The notes beneath the pieces were generated by a model, which was given only the letters and a program-made list of their open reading frames with translations, ran no database searches and was not told the origin of the DNA. From positions 96,001-160,000 of IMG/VR virus record IMGVR_UViG_3300048672_000512: DNA of 64,000 bases. One strand, given 5' to 3'. Of this stretch, positions 1-9,090 are shown piece by piece. A program made the position numbers and the translations under genes. The first letter of the stretch is position 1, and the number at the start of each line of letters is the position of its first letter. Source of the stretch: a virus.

Positions 1-584
1 TTTGAAAAGAACAGTTGCTGTGCAAGACCTGGTTCATCAGAATACGAGTCTGTAAAAGCTACGTTACCTTCACTGATGAATAGGGCTAACCAGTAAGCAA
101 GTTCTGGTGTCATATGTGTAGGAACTGTCATATGACCTGGCTTAAAGTCCACCCGTGACCCAGGAGACATACCTACTCGATTTCCTAGTTTATTAGTCTT
201 TGTTGCGTCATAGGCGCGCGGCTTTCTAGGTACTGGCAGCGGAACATTAAGCTTAAGTGGAGTTTTGCGCGTTACCTTGTTTCGACTGATACACAACAAG
301 TCTCCAACCTTTATTTCATCAGCGCGCTTCCATGTTGTTTTTCCACCGTCAAGAACTAACAGTGGGTGATTTCCAGTTGCCTGAACACAGTTTCCGGTAG
401 CCGCAGTTACGCGAAGCGTTTCTTGATAGCCATTGTAAACCCAGGCTACAGCCTTAGCTTTGCCGAATCTAGAGTCCATGTCTGCGTTTATGCTAAACGC
501 ACGCTTGAATTCCTTTCCACTACCTAGTGAGTCTATGCGCACTAGACCCTTTGTAGTAGGTATTAGCGTATTACCAGCAAGACA
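1..584 (-). mobile_element. Intein with LAGLIDADG endonuclease in portal gene, partial
   Basis: Block A CLAGNTLIPTTKGLVRIDSL starts at Cys codon 584-582; block B QATGNHPLLVL; WKRADEIKVGDLL; LAGLIDADG-like MTPELAYWLALFISEGN. The C-terminus is outside the window. Confidence 0.9.
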
Positions 585-1652
585 AGCATAGCTAGCGTCT
601 CCGGATAAAAATGCTTCAGAGATACCTAGACCTCGAAGTTTCATCGGAACAAGTTGTTCAGCAACATCTGTCCATTTCCAGAAGTCACCTCCGGGCCTTA
701 TCTCGTTGACCTGAACACCGTCACGAGTAATGATCCAGGCTCCAAGCGTATCCAGTTCCGTGCGCTGAAATTCAGCAAGCATTGTAGCAAGCTCACCGTC
801 AGACGGAATCCAGTTTTCGTTACCCGCCATGATGTGCGAAGTGGATCGTTGACGCTTGTGAGCTTCAACAAGCGTGCCGCGAAACATCACTTTTTCAAAC
901 AGATAGAACGGCAAGAGGCGCTTGAGATAAGAAACATGAGTCCTATCTCTAAGCGCCTTTCGTGGAATGTAGATTGTAGTAAGCGGATCCAGCACCGCAG
1001 TGCCAGCAGCGTACGTGTCTATCAGCGCCCGTGGATAGCTTTCCATCAGACGATCAAGATACGGACTTCCAGCGTTCATGAACTGCGACAGCTGCGAAGC
1101 CGAGTTCATCTTTACAACAGGGTCAAGAGAATGAAACGGTTGAGGTGAAATGCTTGCGTTTGCAACGTCATGCAGCATGACATCCTGAAATACCTTTGCT
1201 TCAGCATTGTAGATCATCGTGCCAATAAAGGCGCCGTCCACAAGGTAGGCATTTGATATTTCCTGCATCAAGGACCGAATGTTGATGCGTGAGAGGTTTT
1301 CACCGAACAGATCCAGTTCCTTGTTCTCAAGGCCGGCTAGCGTGAAGTCTGAAAAAGGAAAGCTGGAAGACATGTCAACAGCGGAACCAGCAATAGGATC
1401 CATGTAGTACATGTCACGGTAGTACTGAAGCAGAAACTGCTCGTTGTACTCCGGAATGATACCAGTGAGAAGCGTGTTGTATGATGGCGCACCAAACACT
1501 GCAGTGCTCATAGGAGTACCACCAGACGGGGTGATCCAGTTAGCAGTAACGTCCTTCTTTGATGCTGCTTTCACCTGAACACCTGAAGACTTTACAGCAG
1601 TGTTTCTGAACTGAGTCAGGTCTGCGGTGGAAGAGAGTCGCGTTTTCAACAT
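1..1652 (-). CDS. Portal protein with intein, partial (runs off the window edge)
   Basis: Hand-translated open frame from ATG 1652 (MLKTRLSSTADL...) to base 1 with no stop; absent from the track because it is open-ended. Contains YYRDMYYMDPIAGSAVD and NEIRPGGDFWKWTD...LRGLGISEAFLSGDASYA, which resemble jumbo-phage portal proteins. Confidence 0.75.
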   Translation of the reverse strand, partial: MLKTRLSSTADLTQFRNTAVKSSGVQVKAASKKDVTANWITPSGGTPMSTAVFGAPSYNTLLTGIIPEYNEQFLLQYYRDMYYMDPIAGSAVDMSSSFPFSDFTLAGLENKELDLFGENLSRINIRSLMQEISNAYLVDGAFIGTMIYNAEAKVFQDVMLHDVANASISPQPFHSLDPVVKMNSASQLSQFMNAGSPYLDRLMESYPRALIDTYAAGTAVLDPLTTIYIPRKALRDRTHVSYLKRLLPFYLFEKVMFRGTLVEAHKRQRSTSHIMAGNENWIPSDGELATMLAEFQRTELDTLGAWIITRDGVQVNEIRPGGDFWKWTDVAEQLVPMKLRGLGISEAFLSGDASYACLAGNTLIPTTKGLVRIDSLGSGKEFKRAFSINADMDSRFGKAKAVAWVYNGYQETLRVTAATGNCVQATGNHPLLVLDGGKTTWKRADEIKVGDLLCISRNKVTRKTPLKLNVPLPVPRKPRAYDATKTNKLGNRVGMSPGSRVDFKPGHMTVPTHMTPELAYWLALFISEGNVAFTDSYSDEPGLAQQLFFS

Positions 1653-2041
1653 TTTGTATTTTCTACTGGTTGGGAGGTGATTGCTACGCTATGAATGCTG
1701 CCTTGCATGAACCTGATCAGAACGTCAGTGCGTATCATTGATGCTGGCTGGTTCACATCTATGCGTACGTAGTGAAGAGCTTCAACTGTTGCTTTCTTCA
1801 AAAACAGACGCTGCTTGGTGCACTCCTCGTGTATGGCCTTCACAAGATTTTCCACGTCTACGCTATCACTATCTACCGCGTTCATAGTAGTAGTCGCCAT
1901 GCATGTGGTGTACGACTTTGGGTTGAAAGCGGCAAACCGATAGTGAACTCCGTTTGCATGTAGAACCCTGCGCAGAGGATACTGAACTGCGTCTCTGTAC
2001 CTTGCTGCACATGACAACAAAGCTGGTGTCTCGATTACCAC
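1646..2041 (-). CDS. Hypothetical protein
   Basis: Track ORF 1646..2089; GTG at 2041 after AAAGG is the likelier start; its stop overlaps the portal ATG. Confidence 0.7.
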   Translation of the reverse strand: MVIETPALLSCAARYRDAVQYPLRRVLHANGVHYRFAAFNPKSYTTCMATTTMNAVDSDSVDVENLVKAIHEECTKQRLFLKKATVEALHYVRIDVNQPASMIRTDVLIRFMQGSIHSVAITSQPVENTKC

Positions 2042-2054
2042 TTTCAAGCCTTTC

Positions 2055-3170
2055 TTACTTTGAGTACTGCGGATACCACTTCTTAGCAAGGTAATCCAAG
2101 AGCTGCTCTATAGTCCACTTGTGCTTGCGAAGAATAGTCATCAGGTTGTCTAGATTCTCGCGCTCTTTTGTTGGCATACCGTAAGGGTCGCTCTTTGCAT
2201 TATGCATGTCGTTCTTGACACCAGTCAGAACGTCTTTCCTGTAATAGTCGTTACGCGCCCAGTCGTACAACCTATCGTACAGGTATTCAATAGAGCGGAA
2301 GTTTCCAGAAGAAGAATGCTTCTTCACAATAGCGCTACGCAGGTTCCCGGCTTCTACAGAGTCTCCAGTAGCAGACTCAGGAAGGCGCATAGCATAAAGC
2401 GCTAGCAATCCGACAAGGCTTCCTGTCTTATGCGTTCGCATGAAGTCGTAGGCCCTTGGCGGAGTCTTTTCTTCTGGCACCTTGACTATAAGGTTCGTGT
2501 AGTAAGAGAGCGGGTAGTTTCTACCTTCTGACGCCTTTGAATTTCTCAGAGCAGCCGCGCTATCAAACACAAGAAACGGTATGCCTGCTTTGACGCACAG
2601 CTTCTTCATCTGAAGTTGCTGCTTCAGCGTTTTCAACGTTTCTCGGTAGATGTACTTAAGATGCGTAGGAATGTCATCTTCACTGCCATGAAACGCAGGA
2701 TTGTTAATGATCTTCTTGTACTTCTCAAGACCTTCGCTTGAAATACCCTGAGCATAAATTGCGGTTATGTAGCTGGAAGCCTTCTTGATCACCGGACTAT
2801 CAGAAAGAATGCGGTCTTCTGCTTCAAAGTTTTGAAACTCTTCACCTTTATTCTGCCAGTAATCAACAGGTTTTGCTGCGTAGCGCTCATTCAGTTTGCG
2901 ACCGTTGAGCTTCAATACTGCGTAGTAGCCGTAGTCTGTTTTGTAGACATACGAACTCGTCATCGTACGCGCTGTACTCAGATAGTATTTCCCTTTGGAA
3001 ATGGTTTCTTCGTACTCAGAGCCGTCAGCTGGCTTTAGATGAAACTGATCCGTTGCAAGGATCTGCGCTGCTGCTCGCAAGCTTGTTAGGTGAAACAGAA
3101 CGTCTGTAGCTGCCGCCTTCAGGTTGAGGCTACCAGTTGACGTCCTTGCTTCAAGTATCTGTATAGCCAT
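2055..3170 (-). CDS. Putative ADP-ribosyltransferase-fold protein
   Basis: Ordered motifs VLFHLTS / YYLSTAR / EAEDRIL match the H(R)-ST-ExE pattern of ART folds; 371 aa. Confidence 0.45.
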   Translation of the reverse strand: MAIQILEARTSTGSLNLKAAATDVLFHLTSLRAAAQILATDQFHLKPADGSEYEETISKGKYYLSTARTMTSSYVYKTDYGYYAVLKLNGRKLNERYAAKPVDYWQNKGEEFQNFEAEDRILSDSPVIKKASSYITAIYAQGISSEGLEKYKKIINNPAFHGSEDDIPTHLKYIYRETLKTLKQQLQMKKLCVKAGIPFLVFDSAAALRNSKASEGRNYPLSYYTNLIVKVPEEKTPPRAYDFMRTHKTGSLVGLLALYAMRLPESATGDSVEAGNLRSAIVKKHSSSGNFRSIEYLYDRLYDWARNDYYRKDVLTGVKNDMHNAKSDPYGMPTKERENLDNLMTILRKHKWTIEQLLDYLAKKWYPQYSK

Positions 3171-3173
3171 CTA

Positions 3174-3848
3174 TTATCCTATGGAAGTAACAAAGTAAGG
3201 GTCTACAATGACTGGAGTCGAGCCGCGTTCTGCAACCGTAATATGGTTCAGAGAAAGAATAGTACGCTGAGGTGCTATGCGTACGATCTGGCAGACAGTT
3301 CGTATGAACGCACTGTACTTCATTGCGTCCTCATGCGAAACCTCTTCGCAGTTGGACAGACGAGCAAGCTCTTGCAGAAAGCGTTGCACATTAGTAGCTG
3401 CTTTCTTGAGTTCCTGCATTGCATGAAGTTGACCAACGCGGTCCCCAGGAAGTGCCGATGTCAGATCAAAGCCGTGAAGTTCCAGAAACTTAGCCAGTGG
3501 ATCCATAGCAGGAATCTTCTTCAGACGTTCAGCATAGACTTGCGTCATGTAAATCCCGTCTGTTGTGCCTGAAGTGACGTCCAGAATCTTCAGAACGTTC
3601 GGCCCCATGTGCTGTTGGCAGAACTTCATCCAGGCTAGATGCACCTTATGCGCAGGAGACATTTCGCTTCGCCCTTCAGCAAACAGCACATACGTGTATT
3701 TGTGGTCTGGCGAGATGAAAGTGGAAGTGTTGATGCCGTGATACAGAAGAAGGAAACCCTTCTGTTTCAGACGCATTAGAATACGCTTCTGTGTAGCCTC
3801 AGGCACCAGAGGGTGCTGAACTGGAAGTGCTGTTACTGATTGAGTCAT
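3174..3848 (-). CDS. Kinase-like paralog, probably catalytically dead
   Basis: Paralog of 3853..4536 (shared VTALP N-terminus and RGSTPVIVDP), but the catalytic loop reads LSLNHITV with no Asp/Asn pair. Confidence 0.55.
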   Translation of the reverse strand: MTQSVTALPVQHPLVPEATQKRILMRLKQKGFLLLYHGINTSTFISPDHKYTYVLFAEGRSEMSPAHKVHLAWMKFCQQHMGPNVLKILDVTSGTTDGIYMTQVYAERLKKIPAMDPLAKFLELHGFDLTSALPGDRVGQLHAMQELKKAATNVQRFLQELARLSNCEEVSHEDAMKYSAFIRTVCQIVRIAPQRTILSLNHITVAERGSTPVIVDPYFVTSIG

Positions 3849-3852
3849 ATTA

Positions 3853-4536
3853 TCACCGATGTTTTACAGCCGTGTACCACGGATCAACGATAACTGGAGT
3901 TGATCCACGCAGCATCACGTTCAGGGAATGAAGATCTATAACACTGGAATGCGGGCACTTTTTGATAACTTCAAGTACCACTTCAAAGAATGGCAGAAGA
4001 GACTGCGGTATCTCGTAGTCAGCGTCTACTTCACCGTCAGTAGCTTCGTTCATAGCAGAAGCAATACCTTCAGCAGTCTTGACATTACGCAGCTTGTCCA
4101 TCGCAGCATACTGCCATTCACGATCACCGTAGCGAACCTCGGGTAGATTCAGAGCTAGTTCACTAAGTGCTTTTGATACAGGATGCATTCTACCTAGAGG
4201 TTGCAGAAGTTCTGCATGCACTTGAATCATGGAAGCATCTTGAAAGCTTCCGTCCTGCATGTCATAAGCGTACATGACGTAGTCGCTACGGCTACGAGAC
4301 ATGCACTCATGAAGCCACTGCAAATGAACCTTGCGCTTCTCAGCATGCGCTGGAACACTATCAAGAAAGAGAATAAGTGCGCTGCTACCGTCAGGTGTCT
4401 TGTAGACAGACTTGTCGTTGCCATCACCTAGCAACGAGTAGCCTTGCTCTTGAAGATACTTGCGAATAGCAGACGTTACACTCTTTGGAAGAAGCGGCGT
4501 GTTGATCGGAAGAGCGGTAACTTGTGTTTGTTTCAT
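3853..4536 (-). CDS. Protein kinase-like protein
   Basis: Gly-loop LLGDGNDKSVY, catalytic loop IDLHSLNVML, metal-binding VIVDPW. Confidence 0.7.
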   Translation of the reverse strand: MKQTQVTALPINTPLLPKSVTSAIRKYLQEQGYSLLGDGNDKSVYKTPDGSSALILFLDSVPAHAEKRKVHLQWLHECMSRSRSDYVMYAYDMQDGSFQDASMIQVHAELLQPLGRMHPVSKALSELALNLPEVRYGDREWQYAAMDKLRNVKTAEGIASAMNEATDGEVDADYEIPQSLLPFFEVVLEVIKKCPHSSVIDLHSLNVMLRGSTPVIVDPWYTAVKHR

Positions 4537-4757
4537 GCTTCGTCCTCAGGTTTAGGTAGAACCGTGCGGTCATCCCAACACACAAAGACGTTCTGATTGG
4601 CGCAGATCGTTGTCTGCATAGGCTTCTTGCAATATGGGCAAACGCCAGGCGTGTCGTTAGTCATGCCTGCAGTTACCTTCTTTTCGCTTGCAGACGCCGT
4701 AAGCTTTGCGCCCAGATAGGCACCAAAAGCCTTGTCAATATAGGTTTTTTCTAGCAT
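4533..4757 (-). CDS. Small Zn-ribbon protein
   Basis: CPYC...C...C; ATG 4757 preferred because the track start lies inside a terminator. Confidence 0.65.
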   Translation of the reverse strand: MLEKTYIDKAFGAYLGAKLTASASEKKVTAGMTNDTPGVCPYCKKPMQTTICANQNVFVCWDDRTVLPKPEDEA

Positions 4758-4787
4758 GTTTCTTCTCTGTGAGAGTTTCCGTTTACG

Positions 4788-4828
4788 AAACAAAAATGGG
4801 CGGCCGCACAATTAAGTACGCCGCCCAT
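4788..4828 (-). terminator. Rho-independent terminator
   Basis: Minus strand ATGGGCGGC...GCCGCCCAT followed by TTTTGTTT. Confidence 0.75.
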
Positions 4829-4840
4829 TCATGGAAGTTG

Positions 4841-5371
4841 TCAGACCAGAGGGTCCAAACCTCGCTTTTTACGCCAGTTAACAACCGAGTCATCACCCTC
4901 CGTTGCTAGGCGACACGCCATTGCAGCTACCTGAACTGCTTCTTTTCGCACGCTAGCTTTTGGTTCATCTAGAACTGCTTTTACCAGTTCACCCGATTCT
5001 TCAGAAAAGGCTAGCGTAGTGATTTCAGTGTCTGGAAACTTTGCTCGTGCTTTAGCTATTTCGGCTGCAACCTCCTGCATAAATCTGCGATCTTCTACAG
5101 TCAAGTCAAAGTTAGAGTTGAGTGCTTCTTCTGCGTTTGCCCACGCTAGAGTAGCCTTCAATGCTTCTTCGTAGCATGGATTTTTATCACTGACGATAAC
5201 GTACTTGCGGGCGGGTTTTCCGCGTAGCTGACGTCTACTCTCTACAGCTGACAGAATTTGAAACAGCTGCTTAATTTCTTCAGTAGCTATGTCGCCGGCC
5301 TCATAAGCCATCTGCAAGTCCCGGCGTTTTACCACCAAGTAGCGAGCATCCAATTTATCAATCTTTTCCAT
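4841..5371 (-). CDS. Protein with C-terminal MazG-like NTP pyrophosphohydrolase domain
   Basis: LAFSEESGELVKAV...VRKEAVQVAAMACRL matches the all-alpha NTP-PPase EExxE...E pattern; RBS AAAGGA precedes ATG 5371. Confidence 0.65.
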   Translation of the reverse strand: MEKIDKLDARYLVVKRRDLQMAYEAGDIATEEIKQLFQILSAVESRRQLRGKPARKYVIVSDKNPCYEEALKATLAWANAEEALNSNFDLTVEDRRFMQEVAAEIAKARAKFPDTEITTLAFSEESGELVKAVLDEPKASVRKEAVQVAAMACRLATEGDDSVVNWRKKRGLDPLV

Positions 5372-5382
5372 GATGTGTCCTT

Positions 5383-8300
5383 TCAACGGTTGTGAGAGTT
5401 GTAATGCTGCATAGCTGGTGACCGGAAGCCACTTAGCACTATGCCGCGTGTCACTTTCTTCTGATCGTCTGTTCCTTCTCCGGAACCAATGGTAGCAAAC
5501 TTGGTTGTGTATTCATGCAGCTTCGGATTGAAAGCTAGTATGTACAAAACGGTAAGCGCGCGTAGCATGTCATCTGTATAGCCTTCTCCTTTGGTGAGAA
5601 CTCCCATCACGTATTTCACAGTCATGAACTGCAAAAGCAAGTGGTCAATCGGCTTGCCAACAAAGTCTTTCTTGAAGTTCTGTGACAGCATCACTTCCTC
5701 GGGAGTCATGGAAAGCATTGGCAGGTCTAGGCTACCGTTGTCTACAGCAGTTTCAAAGTACGGAAAGTGCTTAGGTTGCAACGACAGTTGAAGCGTCTTC
5801 ACTTTGTTAGCCGTATCCTCTGTCAGCTGCTGAAGCATGTCAATGCTGTTCCATCTGTCGGCACCGACGATTACAACGTTGCAGTCTTTCACCATTGGCA
5901 GAATTACATGTTTGTACAGGTACGGGAAGTTTATCTTGGTCCCAGGCCGAGCGACAACTTCAAGAATAGACGTTACGACAAGCGTGCTAGCTTTTCTGTA
6001 ACCCAGAGCTAGAGCAAAAGCGTTGTTTGTGAGCCCTGCGTCCAGAGACAGAATGTGCGGCTCCCATACAGACTTTGTTCCTTCCTTGAGGAAGTGGGCT
6101 AGCGTTCTGCCAAGATTTTTTTCATCAGCATCATAGACGATTCGATGTTCGTTCCTTCTATCATTGGAGAACAGACCTACAACCTGTTGAGAAGTGAAGG
6201 TTGCTGCACTCAGCACCGGCGGGTTTGCTCCAAAGTCGCGCTCTGCCTTTTCTGGATTCTTTGCGTACGCAGACTTGATAGTAGCCGAATCTCTTGGCAT
6301 GAACGGGTTGATGTCCCAAGTAGGCAGCTGCAAACCAAGCATCATTGCATCCGGATTCTTCGCCTCTTCAAGCAACCGGCACATCTTGTCCTTCTTGGAC
6401 ATTGGAGACGAGATAGCTAGATTGAGAGCCATTGGAATGGTGTTGATACCTTTCCTGTACAGGTGACTGACTTCTTCTCGCACCGTCATTAGCGAGTTCT
6501 CAAGCGACTGCCACACTTCGTCTGCATTTGCATGCTCGCGTTCTTCATCTTCTTCCATTTCGTCAGAAGCAGTGTTGACGATAGGAAAGATACCGATCTC
6601 TTCAACTGAAGACAGGGCGCGTGTGTTATGAGAAGTCAACCCGTTAGCATAGAATGCGTGCCCATCTGGAACAGTAACGTCAAACACTGTGACTTTACCT
6701 GTTTGTTTCACTACAGAAGTAACCCTTTCAAAGTGCGGCTGCAGTTTGTAAAGCGTCCTCAAGCCGCTAGCAAATTCTGGATGCATTTTAGCTAAAAACT
6801 CAAGTACGTCTGGACGCTCATAAGCTAGAAACTCAGGAACTCTTCCATCAATCGTGTTACCGCGAATTTTAGACTTTGGTCTTGAGTTCTTTATGAGGCG
6901 CATTGGCGCTGGTCGTACCAACTTCTCCCCGTCAGGAGAAACGAAGTATTTGGACCTAGGAGGTGCCGAATACCAAAGGTTTAGAACCACGCGTCTCAAG
7001 TAAGGGACAGCGCGTCGGTCTGAAGCATAACCAGGAGGTGCACTCTTTATACGATCCTTGAACCTATTGACTTTTGCTCGTTTGAATGTCTCAGAAAACA
7101 AATAGGCATCGTGGCCCGTAAGCGTTAACAGCCATGTTGTGTAGTGCTTAGGTGCATTCTGCTTGTTGCGCCCCATAGACTTAAACTCTACAGACTTGTG
7201 TACACGTCCTACTAAACCGTAGACTTGAAGCAGTATAGTCTGAAGTTGACGTATGAGTTTTTCACTAGCTGATGCTAGTTCAACTTCCACTCCAGTGTCA
7301 GTGCCACGTAGCTTAGCTTTCTTTGTAGGTCCACCGTTTATGTGTCCGTCGCACGCAAAATATGCCTCTAAGTATTCATGAAGAACCTCCCTAGGTGCTG
7401 TACGCACACTAGTTGGTATTTGCTTTTCTGCAGATAGACAGTTTGTGTAGCCCCAGGATTCAAGAACTTTGGTAAAGCTAGAGTTGTTCGGGCTAGGTTT
7501 GTCGTTAACAAAGACACCGTAGGACGCAACACTGATGTTCTTAACATCCTCGCCACGTGCTCGGATATGATAGCCAAGACGTGAAGCAGCTTTCGTAAAC
7601 CTGCTCACCACCGCTGGATCGCCTGAAGTTATTTCGTTTCTGTACCCATTTGCCGTAAACGTGCCAAGTATCGTTGCCTGATCGATTGTCAGTTCGTTGC
7701 TGCCAAACATAGGTCTAGACCTGTTAGTTCTAGATACTATGTAATCACCCTCTTTGATAGAGTCTGCACGCACCCATGCAAAGGACAAATCCGGACGCAT
7801 TACAAGCATCGGATGCTCAGGTGTACACCCTATCTTTATTCCGTTCAACGTCGTTATCTCAAATATGCTACGACTAGCTTTAGCATATACGTGAGACACA
7901 TCCTTTGTACCAGTAAGGGAATCCACTTTCAACTTTGACGGTGTCAGACCTAGTGGTATGTTCAGTTCATCAAAGTGCAGGAAACCATCTGACGTGTTTA
8001 TCATCACGTCGCCCGTCAAGCAGTCTCCCCGAAGTTGGCGCTTTAACGGACCCAGAGGATACAAGTCTATGTTCTTGTGCAGGAATCTTGTTCCAAGAAC
8101 GCCGGTTTTCAGCAGTTCAATTCCATACTTTACTTGGTTGAACTTCAACATAGCGTAGTAGTCTTTGTACCACTGCGAGTTGTTCAGCAAGTCTCTTACT
8201 GGATTCCAAGAAAGACGAATAGCTCGCGCGGCAGACAAACCCACAAACGTGTACGTAAGTGGCGTGAAGTCCTGAATACCACGACAGATAGTGCTCAGCT

Positions 8301-9090
8301 TCGGAGCCTTTAGCAGGCAGTGCAAGTGATAAGTGGAAACCGTTGTAGCTACACTGGTCTTACCACTACGCTGACCCCAACACATTGCAATGCTATTGTA
8401 TGGAACCAAGTCACCATGCAAAATCAATTCAGACTTTGATGTTCCGCACTTTGGGCACTTTCCGTTTTCAAGGAGAATCAGACGCTTGACAAGATCCTTT
8501 ATCTCCATGTCTACCGGTATGTTGTAGATGTCCGAGTACCACTTTGGCTTTGTGCACTTTGGACAATACTCAGCTAAGCCGAGAACCATAGACCACAGCT
8601 GCCGAGCAAACGGTATCTTGACAGACTTCCCTGCAATATCAGTGCAGTAGTGCAGATAGTTCTTGGCACGAGGAAGATCGCGATCGTCTATCTTTAGATC
8701 TCGAATTGTTTTGGTGTCCTCGTCATAAGCCTCGCTCATAGCGTCGAGAATGAAGTTGCCGTCTGCACCACCAAGCTCTTGATTCAGCTCTTCGTCTGTG
8801 AGGCTTTCAATGTCGTCCTCTTCGATGTCCCACAGTGAAGACTTTTTCTTCTTTGCTTTAGCTTCTGGTTTCTGCTTGACAGGAGGTTTCGCTGCTGCAG
8901 TCTTTGGCTTTAGAAGCTCTACTGTTCTAGGCTCAACCTCGATACCAAAAGAAAAGGCTTCCTGCATGGACCCTACTTCCTTCAGACGTGAGAACTTGTC
9001 GCAGTAGTGACCGGAAACCGTCTTGAGTTTATCTCGGCAAGTCAGATACTTTGAGCAGGTCAAGCAGGAGCTTTTCTTTAGGTTAGCCAT
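5383..9090 (-). CDS. terL: Terminase large subunit with intein (about 769 aa after splicing)
   Basis: Walker A WGQRSGKTS, Walker B LSSVEEIG, RDFGANP, nuclease motifs LSLDAGLTNNAFALA, VGADRWNS, YTDDMLRA. Confidence 0.9.
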   Translation of the reverse strand: MANLKKSSCLTCSKYLTCRDKLKTVSGHYCDKFSRLKEVGSMQEAFSFGIEVEPRTVELLKPKTAAAKPPVKQKPEAKAKKKKSSLWDIEEDDIESLTDEELNQELGGADGNFILDAMSEAYDEDTKTIRDLKIDDRDLPRAKNYLHYCTDIAGKSVKIPFARQLWSMVLGLAEYCPKCTKPKWYSDIYNIPVDMEIKDLVKRLILLENGKCPKCGTSKSELILHGDLVPYNSIAMCWGQRSGKTSVATTVSTYHLHCLLKAPKLSTICRGIQDFTPLTYTFVGLSAARAIRLSWNPVRDLLNNSQWYKDYYAMLKFNQVKYGIELLKTGVLGTRFLHKNIDLYPLGPLKRQLRGDCLTGDVMINTSDGFLHFDELNIPLGLTPSKLKVDSLTGTKDVSHVYAKASRSIFEITTLNGIKIGCTPEHPMLVMRPDLSFAWVRADSIKEGDYIVSRTNRSRPMFGSNELTIDQATILGTFTANGYRNEITSGDPAVVSRFTKAASRLGYHIRARGEDVKNISVASYGVFVNDKPSPNNSSFTKVLESWGYTNCLSAEKQIPTSVRTAPREVLHEYLEAYFACDGHINGGPTKKAKLRGTDTGVEVELASASEKLIRQLQTILLQVYGLVGRVHKSVEFKSMGRNKQNAPKHYTTWLLTLTGHDAYLFSETFKRAKVNRFKDRIKSAPPGYASDRRAVPYLRRVVLNLWYSAPPRSKYFVSPDGEKLVRPAPMRLIKNSRPKSKIRGNTIDGRVPEFLAYERPDVLEFLAKMHPEFASGLRTLYKLQPHFERVTSVVKQTGKVTVFDVTVPDGHAFYANGLTSHNTRALSSVEEIGIFPIVNTASDEMEEDEEREHANADEVWQSLENSLMTVREEVSHLYRKGINTIPMALNLAISSPMSKKDKMCRLLEEAKNPDAMMLGLQLPTWDINPFMPRDSATIKSAYAKNPEKAERDFGANPPVLSAATFTSQQVVGLFSNDRRNEHRIVYDADEKNLGRTLAHFLKEGTKSVWEPHILSLDAGLTNNAFALALGYRKASTLVVTSILEVVARPGTKINFPYLYKHVILPMVKDCNVVIVGADRWNSIDMLQQLTEDTANKVKTLQLSLQPKHFPYFETAVDNGSLDLPMLSMTPEEVMLSQNFKKDFVGKPIDHLLLQFMTVKYVMGVLTKGEGYTDDMLRALTVLYILAFNPKLHEYTTKFATIGSGEGTDDQKKVTRGIVLSGFRSPAMQHYNSHNR
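6625..8022 (-). mobile_element. Intein (466 aa) with LAGLIDADG homing endonuclease
   Basis: CLTGDVMINTSDG...IGCTPEHPMLV...ATILGTFTANG...YLEAYFACDGHI...VFDVTVPDGHAFYANGLTSHN followed by extein Thr. Confidence 0.95.

Noticed and set aside
654-1148. Plus-strand 164-aa track ORF
   Set aside because: Antisense to the portal frame.
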